Numbered from the stretch's first letter, positions 28,010 through 41,148 are shown. The stretch is 64,000 nt of DNA from Priapulus caudatus (GCF_000485595.1 NW_014577072.1:878381-942380), one strand, 5' to 3'. The notes: generated by a model from the letters alone, not told the origin. Translations and numbers: made by a program.

Positions 28010-28280
28010 TAGCATGGTATAGCATAGCATAGCATAGCATAGCATAGCATAGCATAGCATAGCATAGCATAGCATAGCATAGCATAGCATAGCATAGCAT
28101 AGCATAGCATAGCATAGCATAGCATAGCATAGCATAGCATAGCATAGCATAGCATAGCATAGCATAGCATAGCATAGCATAGCATAGCATAGCATAGCAT
28201 AGCATAGCATAGCATAGCATAGCATAGCATAGCATAGCATAGCATAGCATAGCATAGCATAGCATAGCATAGCATAGCAT
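28010..28280. repeat. (AGCAT)n pentanucleotide microsatellite running into an N-gap
   Basis: Perfect AGCAT array read directly from the sequence. Confidence 0.95.
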
Positions 28281-28844
28281 NNNNNNNNNNNNNNNNNNNN
28301 NNNNNNNNNNNNNNNNNNNNNNNNNNNNNNNNNNNNNNNNNNNNNNNNNNNNNNNNNNNNNNNNNNNNNNNNNNNNNNNNNNNNNNNNNNNNNNNNNNNN
28401 NNNNNNNNNNNNNNNNNNNNNNNNNNNNNNNNNNNNNNNNNNNNNNNNNNNNNNNNNNNNNNNNNNNNNNNNNNNNNNNNNNNNNNNNNNNNNNNNNNNN
28501 NNNNNNNNNNNNNNNNNNNNNNNNNNNNNNNNNNNNNNNNNNNNNNNNNNNNNNNNNNNNNNNNNNNNNNNNNNNNNNNNNNNNNNNNNNNNNNNNNNNN
28601 NNNNNNNNNNNNNNNNNNNNNNNNNNNNNNNNNNNNNNNNNNNNNNNNNNNNNNNNNNNNNNNNNNNNNNNNNNNNNNNNNNNNNNNNNNNNNNNNNNNN
28701 NNNNNNNNNNNNNNNNNNNNNNNNNNNNNNNNNNNNNNNNNNNNNNNNNNNNNNNNNNNNNNNNNNNNNNNNNNNNNNNNNNNNNNNNNNNNNNNNNNNN
28801 NNNNNNNNNNNNNNNNNNNNNNNNNNNNNNNNNNNNNNNNNNNN

Positions 28845-28895
<51 letters not shown>

Positions 28896-30042
28896 AGGGA
28901 GGGAGGGCTGCGCATCCTATCATCTGATCTTGTTTCTCCCAATTAATGCTGATCTCTTGTGGTGGATATTGTTGTTGACATGGCTGTTGTTACTGATTGT
29001 GTAAAGTCTACCTGGTTCGATTTTAAAGAGCTTGGCTTCCGTCTAAACTGCTGTCCATAGATGTACACAATGTGTTTGTATATATCTATGTGCTGTCAGT
29101 CTACCGATTTAAAACTGTGTTTACTAGCCTTAGTGATTAATTAATGTAAGCATCTCTAGAACATTTTATAAAATGACAATCTAGCCACTCTGGATCATTC
29201 TCTACGCACTACTAATACTTCTATAAATAACAAAATTTACTTATTGTTGCTACCTAATAGTATAACGTGTCATTGCTTAAAGGTATCTTAATGTTAATGT
29301 AGACATATTATGTTTTTTTTTATTATTACCAATATCCATCTGAAAACGACTGAAACATTCGAGATGTAATTATTTTAAATGCATTGCAGCAATTTGATCA
29401 CAAAGATAATTGGTTCTACGGTACATCCTTGTCTAGCTCTATAAAAGCGTAATGAAGCTACGTAACCAAGAATACCGTCAGTAACTATTTCAATCCCAAC
29501 GCGATATTGGCAGGCGTGTAGTGTTCGCACTGGGTCTTTGTTTGAGATGAAAGCTTGGCTGAAAGTAACGCATGGACGCGTGGCGTAGGATGACAATCTT
29601 ATGCCCCCATCCCAAGGGTGCGACAGTAAAGTTAAGAGAGAGACAAAATAAGCTGAGCCGACGTAACTCAACGGGAGGCGACGTGTCTCCGAGACGAAAC
29701 TTCGTCGCTGGTGTCATGACTATGCAGCATTTATTAAAGACAAAGAAATTGTACAGACATCTGAGCGATGTGAGTGCTGATGAAAGGGGTTTCACCTCGC
29801 GCACGAGACGAGTGCACACGAGTCCAATCAAGTTTCGGAAATGAGTGCGTTTTGTTCAGCGAAGGCCTGAAAAACAACCTCTGATGGGTTTAGTTGGAGA
29901 CATAACCTCTGCTGTCTCCTCTCTCTCTAAAGCCACGGAAAGATTAATCCGAGACCCATAGACCATACAGGAAGATCAATCTCATTGATTGAATTTAAAC
30001 GCAATCTATCTAGAGTTTATACTAACACTCCTCCTTTCTCTT

Positions 30043-30074
<32 letters not shown>

Positions 30075-31118
30075 TCTCTCTCTCTCTCACTCAGTATGTG
30101 TGGCAAATTAAGCTAAGTACAGTGTCTATGCGTGTGCACACACTGTCTATTTCTCATGCATTGTACGCTAACTCTCTTAATTTAATATGCAATGGATCTG
30201 CTTCATGTTTTACGCGATCATGATGTTACTCTTTAACTAGTATGACTGCGCTTTGCGTTAGTATAACTCCCACCACTCTATTACAGCTTCGTCCAGTCAG
30301 TAATAATTCTTGTACAATAATGTAGAAACACCAATTCATGCCTGGCGCGGCCATATAGAGATTCAACGGCACGTTTGGTTTGTCTTGGTTTGTTTGTCTT
30401 TGGTTTGGATTGCGACTGGTTAAATGCGTGATCATGATGTTATCAACAAATATTTACGGGTAATAGTCACGGTACCATTGTAAGCGATCGTATTTCTTTG
30501 CTCTAACAACGAGAGAATAATATAGCTAAGTAACTAACAGCACCGACAGAAGCGTAAATTATTACTATAATCACGGAAATGTGTCATCGCTTATATTATG
30601 TCGACAAATAAGCATCATTGATTTTCCTACGTTGTTGTAGTTGTTTTATTGACGGTTTATTTCTCTGCTCGGTCACTATATAGCGTCATTATATTAGAGA
30701 CATATTAGTTTAATGGTCGGCACTCTGTTAGTTCAGGTTCATTAAGGTGATATATAGCGATAGTGGCCAATGTCTACATCCAGCAAGCGCTTTTTGTGCG
30801 GAATATTATTTACATAGTTCCACGCTAGTGTTTGTTGATGCATGCATTTATGAAGATCAATAGACATTGCTTAAAGTACGCTTAGTTAATAATGTTAGGT
30901 AATATAACCTCTTAAACGTGTTAGCACTGATTGACTTTATGAAAATCATAATGCGATATGTGAAGATAGCTCATTCTCATGCAGGAAAAGAAATCAGGTT
31001 TATCAAAATATATAAAGAATCGGCTCAATGACATTTTGTTCATCAATCAGAAAAGGGACGGACGGTTTAGTTGCCGAGTAGAGAAATTTGACTGAACGAG
31101 GCAAATGAGTATATACAA

Positions 31119-31795
31119 GGTGTTTGTGGTTTTCTGATCTTTAGACTATCCTAAACCAGAATCCACCGGGTGCCACATTGGCACCCTTGGGCCATTTTTT
31201 TATCATAAAAAATGCAGAATGTATATTTTCCCATTTGAGTGCGTATAAATTAAGAGGGTAGGCATGCTAAACTTGCAATAACTTCTGTAATATTCGGGCA
31301 CTCTTCAAACATCTAGTATTGTTTTGCTCATGTACAATCCTAGACTAATTACACCCACGACATATGACCATCAGAAGCCAAGAATTCAAAATGGCCGTCA
31401 CAAACCATCAGCGAAGCCATAGCTTGTCAATCCATTACACATATATTATAAAATCATTCTGCGTTAAATTAGTCTTGAGCAAATAAATTGTTGAGTATGC
31501 TCAATACAAATTTAACTTGGAACGATTTTATAAAATAGATTGTGAAATATTTATATGACCTCATTAAACAATTAAAATTGTTTTATGAAGCTATTTGTTA
31601 AAAGCAACTACTGAGTGCATATCTGTCCACCTATCTGTATATGCCATAACGATAAGCCAGTAACTATGAATCTACAGGTACATTCTGGAAAAATAACAGT
31701 TTAGGTCCGCCTACGGTTTAGTACGTACCTGTCTGGCACTCGGTGGATTCCGGTTCAGGCTAGTCTAAAGATCGGGAAACCACAAAAAAACACTT
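31119..31795. mobile_element. MITE-like element with ~55-bp TIRs
   Basis: gtggttttctgatctttagactatcctaaaccagaatccaccgggtgcca is inverted at ~31735-31785 (tggcactcggtggattccggttcaggctagtctaaagatcgggaaaccac). Confidence 0.65.
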
Positions 31796-31954
31796 TTACA
31801 TACCCGGATGCAACGTTCAGTCATTTGTCAATCAGACTAATTAGAGAAAGCGGAAAATGGGGAAAGCAACAGACTGGAAGTGGTCGGCGAAGGAAAGGAT
31901 GAGCAGGCGCGTGTGTGCGCGCGCGCGTGTGTGTGTGTATGTGTGTGTATGTGT

Positions 31955-32004
<50 letters not shown>

Positions 32005-32967
32005 GTATGTGTGCGTGCGTGCGCGCGCGCGTGTGCGTGTGTGCGGGTGTGTCTGCGTGTTAGGGGGGGGTGCTTGTGAGCGCATGTGTGTGTATGTGTA
32101 TGGGGTGTCGTTAGACGTCTCAGGTCACGTTTCGGCTCACGACAGTACATAAACGCGACAATTTCCGAGGCGTTTGATCTGCTGACGAATCTAATTTATC
32201 CCGTTAGTCAGTTTAAACGGAATGATTTACTAACGACAGAGGCTGCTTATAATTGCGAGCGTTCTTTGCTACGCCGATGCATTTCTTGTAACTAGTGTAC
32301 TAACTGCTGCCTGGTGTGTATGTGAGCGTGTGGGTGCAAGGCGCAAGTATACTATATATATATATATTATATGAGAGAAGATCGTGCAGCATCTATGATC
32401 GTAATTATGGCGATAAGATCATTCGCTATGATTTTATAATAATTATAAGCATGAAAACATGTGTGACGGCGCGGGTGAATCGAGAGTCGGGGAAATAGAG
32501 ATTCGGGGAGCGAAATTCGGGGATAGCGTTCGGGGGAAAAAGTACCGAACACCGAAACCGCAGAAACCACCGAATGCCGAATGCCGCGAAGCATTGAGTG
32601 CGCAAGGCACCGAGCACGCAAGGTAGTACGGAACAGTCGAGAGGGTGACTGTCGCGCGCAGTAGACGCGGCGCGAAGTAGCGTACAGAGACTAGCATTCG
32701 GGCTACGGATATAATGATTCGCGAGTGTAAATAGTGTTCGGGGTAGAGTTTGCCGAAGTGTTGATTTAGTACCGCTGCTCAGCGAATAGTTCGTTCGGGG
32801 CAAGCGGAGGGGCGAAACGGTAGTAGAAGTGGAAGGACGCAGTGAAGGGAAGAAGCTAGAAATAGCGGGGAAGGATGTTATAATAGAGTTCTTCTGTGCA
32901 GTTTATTGTAATAGTAAGAAGATTCTGCGGAATCGATAAGAACCGTATTTTGGCAAGGTAAATTTAA

Positions 32968-33923
32968 AGGACAATTGATGTCAAATTTTATAACTTCTGT
33001 AACGTTTTTATACATAGAAATACATTCAATAACGTATTCCATTTCAAATCCGGCGCCCAATTTGTAAGAAACACATGAATATTAATCTAGGTCATGTGAC
33101 GTCATAGCCCCCCGTTGAAACACGCCATTATATAGCGTAACAGTGCTAACACGCTATAGTATACGTTATGCTAGGTGAAAGTATTGTTACAGCATACAAC
33201 AAACATGTAGCCTGTAAATGTACTTATATTCATGTACATACATATTACCTGTGTAGATAATGCATTCACGGTATATGTACATGACTTGCGTAGAGATGTT
33301 TGTACATGTACAGATACATATGTGATTCTGACCGAGCGTGATAAGCCCGGTGATCAGTGTACTCGCATGCCTCACCTGGTCTAGCGTCGAACTGGTCTAC
33401 AATAACCCTGATCTTCTCATTCTCATGGCAGCATATACATTCAGGTGCTGTACTCATTAATTCACAAACACTACAAGAACACCAGTATTTGTCTACAGTC
33501 CTATCTGGTACCGAAGCTTCCATTCCGCCATGTTGTGACTGTTCTGATTCTTGAGAAGTTTGTGCCGACTCTTCGCGTTGCTTTTTCAGACGATTCTCCT
33601 CAATTTCTTCTCGTGTATATTCAGGCTCAAACCTATATCCAACTGGTAAATCACTATAAATATCATCATCATCATCTGAGTAATCACTAGAATCATTGAA
33701 ATTATCGCTTTCTGTCTCCATCTTATACACCACACGCACTATGTCTACATAATGGCGTGTTTCAACAGGGGGCTGTGACGTCACATGACCTAGACTAATA
33801 TTCATGTGTTTCTTACTGCGGATTTGAACTGCGGGCGCCGGATTTGAAATGGAATACGTTATTGAATGTATTTATATGTATAAAAACGTTACAGAAGTTA
33901 TAAAATTTGACTTCAATTGTCCT
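32968..33923. mobile_element. Non-autonomous Kolobok-type DNA transposon (956 bp) within the neuropeptide intron
   Basis: TTAA on both sides (32964-32967, 33924-33927), termini AGGACAATTGA...TCAATTGTCCT, and ~170-bp imperfect TIRs (32968-33135 vs 33745-33923). A TTAA TSD with 5'-RR termini is characteristic of Kolobok. Confidence 0.85.
33330..33721 (-). pseudogene. Truncated KolX-like / P2X7 ballast-like Cys-rich protein fragment inside the Kolobok element
   Basis: METESDNF...(acidic)...GYRFEPEYTREE...DKYWCSCSVCELMSTAPECICCHE...ACEYTDHRAY. This carries the YxFEP and WCxCxxCxxMxxxxECxCCxE motifs of P2RX7-C-terminal-like (nanor/ballast) proteins. Similarity stops after ~130 aa. Confidence 0.72.
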
Positions 33924-34054
33924 TTAACATCACATAACATCCAGCGTGGACCGGTCAGCTGGTAAACAGGAACAGCCAATCACGGGGCTCGGCCAGTAAA
34001 CGAGCAATCGGTTGATCACGTGTTAGGTTGGCGTACGTGACAGAGTGCCCGTGC

Positions 34055-34557
34055 GCGTGATTTTTTTTCCTAGGTCAATCAAGAACATAGAGCTCTAGTG
34101 AGCGCTGCTATTGGTTGAGCTTGTTGCGTCGCTCAATTACGTCACAGTGTCGTCATATTCATAGCACATCCAAAATTAAAAACTCCAATAAACCTCAATA
34201 GCCGAGCGAGTACAGCACGTAATTCAGGGCTGAAAGGTCGGTGGATCGAATCCATCCGTTTTTTAATTATTTTCTTGTTTTCTGTATTTTTCTATCTTTA
34301 TCCGTTTAACAATTTTTTTCCAATTAACGCAAATATTTACATGATTTATTTACAACAATTTAATAACAACAATTTTTTATATATTTTTTTAAATAGGGTT
34401 AAGGTTTGGGTTAGGGTTAGGGGTAGGGTTAGGGTTAGGGTCACAATGCAGTGAATGCACAATAAAACAGGAGTTTGAGGCACGTGATTTGTATCAACCA
34501 ATGGCAGCGCTCACTAGAGCCCTATGTTCTTGATTAACCTAGGAAAAAAAATCACGC
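34055..34557. mobile_element. Inverted-repeat non-autonomous element with an internal (TTAGGG)-like tract
   Basis: ~64-bp inverted repeats at 34055-34118 and 34494-34557; degenerate TTAGGG run at 34394-34441. Confidence 0.65.
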
Positions 34558-34581
34558 TGCCCGCGTCACGTTAGCGTGAGC

Positions 34582-35098
34582 TGTAATAGGTTACTGAGGG
34601 CTGACTCATGATGCAGATTCCCGCTCGGTATAAAAGGACACCGCGCGCCTGAAACGAGGGCAGACTTCTAGAGATTTCAACAGAAGCGAAGGACTTCTAG
34701 AGACTTAATTCTAGGAGAAACTTCTAGGAACTTCTCAGAGAGTACACACGGAGAGACTTCTTAGAGTTCTCGAGGGAATAGAGGGTTTGTGTAGGGAGTT
34801 ATCCAGGAGCCTACTGATTTGTATTTCGGAGTTAGCGAGTAAACTATTGTGTGGGAGATGTATTTCTGGAATTAACACCAGCGCCGAAACGAGGGAGTAC
34901 GACTCAGAAAGCTCTATGAAAGCTGCTCGTTTGACCACCCAATTTCACGCCCAAGTTCAGCGTGTATCTTCCCCATTCTTTCGTTGTGGCAATAAACATC
35001 ATTCACTCTTAGCACACGTTTGCCTGCGCCTTCATTTCTCCTCACGTCTACACGTCAATCTTCACATCTACACGTCACACCATCTCATAAGTCTTACA
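34582..35098 (+). mobile_element. Candidate solo LTR
   Basis: Begins TGTAA and ends TTACA, with TATAAAA at ~34629, AATAAA at 34991 and internal CTTCTAG repeats. No matching TSD seen. Confidence 0.35.
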
Positions 35099-35700
35099 CA
35101 ACGCACGCGCGGAAGAGAAATCTTTCGCGTGAAGATGTACTACCGACGCAGCGAACACTACCGAAGAGGATCGTTTTAGAGGCGGCGGTTCTACTTGCGA
35201 AGCTGCGCGCACCTTTCGGGGCGCGAAACATTCGGGGCGCGGCAGAGAAGCGGCCGACGCCGTTACACATGATTCTATAAATATGGCTGCCATAGAATTG
35301 TATGCGCTTCGGCATATATGCAGGCAAAACTGAAATCGTACTAACGTTACTAGGCTAATCTCATCATGCTGGAAACAAGGTAGAGAAGTGACGATTCGTC
35401 ATACAGCTTTTAAACTTGCTGACGAGATATTTTAGGTTACACGAAATAACGACGGCAGTTTTAAAGTAACCTAACGCCTATCCTGTTGAATTTCCAAACC
35501 ATATCCTGAACGAAATTGTTTAAGATACTACTTTATTACTATTTCTTACCTTACAGTTAATCTTATTTCGCTCTTCCCTTGTCTGCAATCTCATCTACGT
35601 TTTCGTCATAAACCCTTCCGCATTATTTTTCTATTTTTTTATTTACTTCACTGATTCTTCGCCTCGTCATTTGGCTTTTTGTCGCTTTCTTCTCCGTATA

Positions 35701-35734
<34 letters not shown>

Positions 35735-37033
35735 CTGCACATACGTCTTCACATGTTTCTCTCCGACCTTCATATTCGTTTCTTTCCTATTCGTCTTTTA
35801 CTAATTATCTCAGCTTCCTCTTTCTCTTCTTCTTCGTCCTCCTCCTTCTTGTCATTTCCCTATTCCTTCTCTACTTCGTCATTCTCCGCTGCTACCTCTT
35901 CCTTGTCGTTGTCCTCCTCCTCCTCCTCCTCCTCCTCCTCCTCCTCATCATTATCATCATCATCATTATCATCATCATCCGCATCCTCCCCTCCTTTTTT
36001 TCCTTCTCACCCATCTAGACGCTATGGGATATATATTTCCTGCAATGTTTCATTAGTAGATAGTCAGGCAGACCAAAACATTCACTAAATTCTTATGAGC
36101 AATCATTTAAGCTTACAGAAAAGCGCGTGTAATATAGTTAACTCAGCGCGCGTTGTGGGCTGCCTATAAAGAGAGTAGATGAAATGGGGAATTCGGTCTA
36201 GCGTGGGCGCACATAAGCCCACCAGAGCCGTATATAGAGAGTCTCTATTTACGGCTCTGACGCCCACCGCTTGCGTGCGTTTGCGTGGGTGAATGTTCAT
36301 CTGCCTGCGTGACTGTGCACTCAGTACCGAGAACGTCCCTCCCTCGCGTGATTCGAACTGAATTGGATTAATAAATATAATCAGTATAGCGGACGAACGG
36401 GTAAAACCTACTACAAGTGCGCTCTAATAAGCTCGCTCCGTAATATTTCCCGAATACTGGAGAGTAATTTACGAATGCCTGACGATTTCATATCGTAAGA
36501 AGGTGATCCGCATAAGATGCCGCTCTACCAGCGTCTTCGAAGAGACGAAATGGCGTTCACCGGCACCGCAGGGCGAGCAATGCCGGAAGCTAGCGCGTGC
36601 CACATTATAGGCAGAGTTATTCGAGCCATCCTTTTGATCATATGCGCGCACACATCATTATTAACTTGCTGTTTATCGGGGTTATTGCGCGCACGTTTAA
36701 GCAAGTTTTAAATGCTATTCTCCGTTTGAGTGTTGCATTATAGCAGACTTATTCAGTTATCAACTTAATCGAGATCAATAGGTCACGTGATAGAAGAAAG
36801 TACAACGTCCGTCTATGGAACGATGACTGTTATGCGGTTTTATCAACACAGAACAAGGCAGAGACGACGTACGCTCGTTTCTTTAAACCACAGGCCCATT
36901 TCGTGAGTATTCATCTGGCCTATAACTGAACCCAGTATGACTCAACTTAACCCAGCGTAATAACGCGTAATTAGCCGGCGTAATAACGCTTGGCAATGCG
37001 TGCCGGGTCGGACTGAGCCACACAGGTGGACAG

Positions 37034-37076
<43 letters not shown>

Positions 37077-38620
37077 GCCTATTATATATTTAGGCTCTGT
37101 AATTGCTGCACGTAGATCGGCCGCCGATGTATCCAAACGATGTCAGCAAAAATCATGAAAACAGCGCGTGCGTCATCAGCGTCGACGACTACTAACTAGC
37201 TGTAATTAGCCCGACCTTTCCTCAAGCGCATGTCGCGCTTACTGCCTGATCGTGCGTGCCTGCGTGCGCGCATGTGTGTGTGCGTGTGTGCGTGCGTGCG
37301 TGTGTGCGCGCGTGCGTGCGTACATGCGTGCATGCGTACGAGCGTGAGTGCGTGCTTGGTTGCATGCGTGTGTGCACAGTCCAAGCTGAACTCGTTGCGA
37401 ATGCCAGATTGTCAAGCGGACACTGCGCATTTATGTGTAATTATCTGCATGTCAGACACTTATTATTTACCTTTTACCTCTAGCATTACAGTTCCATTAA
37501 CGCCGATCTAATGAGATAAATGAAAGCGAAAGAACGGGAGAAAGCACGTGAAAGAGAGAGGGAGAGAGCGAGCACAAGAGAGAGAGGGAGGGGGGAAAGA
37601 AAGAGAGCGAGATAGAGATAGAAAAATGAGGCGAAGGGAAGAAGAGTGTGAAAGAGAAAAAGAGAAGGGAAAGAAAGAGGAATGGAGAGAACGGATATAG
37701 GAGCTGGGATACGAAGAGAGAGAGGAGCTGTGTTGGAAAGAAGGGGGAATAAATACGTCAGGAGGCTTCGTGCGATAGTGTTATAACGTCCGTATCGTCA
37801 GAACACCACAGGTGACAAAATTAATTATCACAGCTGAGGAAGTTATATTTTAATGGCAGCGCGCACCAAATTAACCCAATTACAAAAAGGCATGCGTAAC
37901 AGAAGACCAGAGTAAAAGCTTAACGCTGACATGAAGTCAATCATATAGGCAATTAACGTGTGTGCTATCTAGTTGGATAAAACGTGTTAGAAAAATCGAC
38001 AATATCAATATCAATATCAAAAACATCTATGAATAATTTATATATCGTTTGTTTTCGTAACGAAATGAACGCTGAAATGCGCAACATGACAAATTGGATA
38101 AGATTTCAGTGAAACGATAGAACCATCAACGAGGCTAGCTGGTAGCGACGTTATTGGATGTGAATCGTGTATTAAAATCATATTCAGCAGCATGTCGCTC
38201 ATCGCAAAGTTTTATTAGTAGGTTTTTATCGAATTAGAATTCTCGCGGTACTTCGCCTGGCGTGAATAAGCGTGAGCGCGGCGGTTATTGCGGTTTTAAG
38301 CTTCCGGATACACAAGCTGCTGACGAGAAATTAATTGCATGTGTGCATAATAACGTCAAATTATCGTTTGACTTTACCGTGCTCTCTTCTATACCTGACT
38401 TTACTTTTGCCTTCCGTTGTCTCACACATTGACCTTGTACAGCTAAGGACACATGCCTGCAGGCGTTATTAGCAGTTAATCGTCTTTACATTGACAAGTT
38501 CTAATAGAAGGCTTTTATGTGAGAGAGAGAAATGAAGAGGGCTAGCGAGAGAACGAAAGAGAAAGAAAGGAACAGATAGACAGACAAAGATATATCTATA
38601 TCTATCTATCTATCTATATC

Positions 38621-38732
<112 letters not shown>

Positions 38733-38742
38733 NNNNNNNNNN

Positions 38743-38816
<74 letters not shown>

Positions 38817-39542
38817 CGCGAGCGAGAGAGAATGAGATAGAGAGAGAGATAGAGATGTGTAGAAATAGACAGAGTGAGCGAAAGAACAACATTGGGAGTT
38901 GCAATATGAATCGGGAAATCACTAAAAGCGTTAAGCATTGGTGTAACTCAATCTAACGTTCTAGTCTATAAATCGTCGTAGACGTAACATAATACACTAT
39001 ATGTCGTGAAATAGTGCACCATGCGATAGGTCGGTCGCTGATGCGCAAACATAGCCGGTTATCGATGCTGTCGGTCGCGGACATACACGTAATTTATCAC
39101 ACGCTCTTTAGATTGGCACCGAGTTTGCATTACAATTACGTCCCCCGCATTAATTCTGTAAACACCACATGCGTGGAAACATGACGTGGTATACGCGTGA
39201 AATGTACCAACCTGTGTGAAGTGGAGTCGCAATAACAAAGATACATTAGCATTGCACACTTGGAATATAGTGCTGTGTCATGGATTGACATATACTTAGT
39301 AATAATAAATTAGGTTTACATTTCCATGACTATAAAGGTGACGAAACATTGCTTATATGGTGATATATGTCTTATTATGAATAATTATGATAAACAAACA
39401 TGATTAATCTTGCTGATTTACCTCCGATACTGTGTATCACTATATATCCGTGAGCTTGCCTATTTAATTGTAAAATAAAAAGTTATAAAAAATTAAATTT
39501 TGACGCAAACTTAATCTGCTCTTGTATTTTCTGTGTTTGCAG

Positions 39543-41148
39543 ATGTCGGATGCCCAGGACACGCCCAACGACAAACTTACGGGAAACGAAGCTGTCGCCA
39601 ACCAGGCAAACGGCGTGGCCCCAGTCGTAGAGGAGAAGCGCCACCTGGGTTCACTCGCCAAGGCTGGCTACCACCTTCCTGTGGAGCCACTGTACGTGAA
39701 CTACAAGCGTAACCTGGCTTCTCTCGCGCGAAGTAACCAGCTGCCACAGTTCTACATGCACAGCTACGGCAAGCGCGAATACGACTACGGGCTCGGTGAC
39801 GACCTTGACGAGGAGAGCATAGAAAAGCGCCATCTTGGATCGCTGGCTAGAAGTGGGAACCTGCCCGACTTCTTGCTGCACAAGCGCGATGTCGAAGAGC
39901 CCGCCGACATGTACTACAGTCCCGTGGAGATGGAAAAGCGCCACCTGGGTTCACTCGCCAGAGGCGGGCACATGCCGTCGTTCTTGATCGGGACGAAACG
40001 GTACGATGACGTCACTACGGACTTTGGAGCGCACGACGACGACGCCGAGGTGGACAAGCGTCATCTAGGGTCGCTCGCGCGGAGTAAAGGCCTGCCAAAA
40101 TCTTGGGGCTACAGACCTAAGAAGGACGATTCATACGAGGATGGGGATAACGAACAAGACAAGCGCAACTTGGCATCGTTGGCTCGAAGCGGATCCATGC
40201 CGTGGACGGGGAGCAACACCCCCGAGAGAAGAGATGATGACGGCTTTTATGGGGATGATTTGGGCGAGCCCGAGAAACGCCATCTTGGGTCCATCGCCAG
40301 AAATGGTGGATTAGGAAGCTTCTATCGCAGCAAGCCAAAGAAAGATTACCTCAATAACGCAGATGAAGCCCTTGATGATGAGGAGGTCGAGAAGCGTCAC
40401 CTAGGCGCGTTGGCAAAAAGTAATAGATTGCCATCGTTTCTGACAGGGGCAATGCCGAAGAGAGATGAGAGTGAAGAAGACGAATTTGATCCCGAGAAGA
40501 GAAATCTAGCTTCACTAGCTCGATCAGGATATGGATATCCCGGACACGAGACCTCACGCATCGACAAGAAACATATTGGCTCCCTTGCTAGACTGGGCAA
40601 GCTGCCATCATTCTACAGCCAACAGGCCTCAGAGTTTGAAACACCGGACAAGAAACATATTGGCTCTCTTGCTAGACTGGGCAAGTTACCTTCGTTCTAC
40701 ACCCAACAGGCCTCAGAATTTGAGACACCGGACAAGAAGCACATTGGCTCTCTCGCCAGAGGAGGCCACTGGCCGTTTGGCAAGAGAAACAAGAACGCTG
40801 TCGCTGCCGACGAAAACACTGACGCATCTGATGACGGAAACTACAGCCGACGGAAACGCAATATCGCGTCGATCGCGCGGTACGGCAGCTTCCCGTTTGG
40901 CCTGACCTACGCCGACCACGACGACGACGACCACGACGAATATCGCGTCGATCGCGCGGTACGGCAGCTTCCCGTTTGGCCTGACCTACGCCGACCACGA
41001 CGACGACGACGCCGTCATGAGCGATCGCTTCTACGCCGACAAGCGAACGATAGCCTCCCTGGCGCGACACGGGGGCTGGTGGCCGAAGCGCCTAAGCTCC
41101 TACCATCACGCCGGCCTGGCGCGCAGCCACAGCAAATATGACAAGTAA
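39543..41148 (+). CDS. Nplp1: Coding exon 2 of NPLP1/HIGSLYRamide-like multi-copy neuropeptide precursor (apparent frameshift at ~40939 from a 79-bp duplication)
   Basis: Acceptor ttttctgtgtttgcag|ATG at 39543. Repeated HLGSLAR/NLASLAR/HIGSLAR peptides are flanked by KR/KK/RR sites and acidic spacers, with G-KR amidation signals (HSYG-KR, HWPFG-KR). They closely resemble Drosophila Nplp1 MTYamide (YIGSLARAGG...) and crustacean HIGSLYRamide. The corrected frame ends ...KRTIASLARHGGWWPKRLSSYHHAGLARSHSKYDK with TAA at 41146-41148; AATAAA at 41147 and 41325. Confidence 0.9.
40563..40760 (+). repeat. 84-bp (28-codon) intragenic tandem repeat encoding HIGSLAR peptides
   Basis: Units start at 40563, 40647 and 40731 (DKKHIGSLARLGKLPSFY[S/T]QQASEFETP; third unit partial). 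Differences are mostly synonymous. Confidence 0.9.

Noticed and set aside
27906..28942. MLCYA-repeat ORFs and ORFs spanning N-runs (also 45118-45867 and 48746-50275)
   Set aside because: (AGCAT)n microsatellite and assembly gaps (28281-28843, 45250-45668, 48892-49687, 57811-58118).
39522..39542. ORF-track N-terminus MYFLCLQ of the 539-aa ORF
   Set aside because: Starts at TTG within the intron's polypyrimidine tract and AG acceptor; not a real start.
40939..41141. Arg-rich C-terminal tail of the 539-aa ORF
   Set aside because: Out-of-frame product of the 79-bp duplication; the alternative frame encodes a family peptide.
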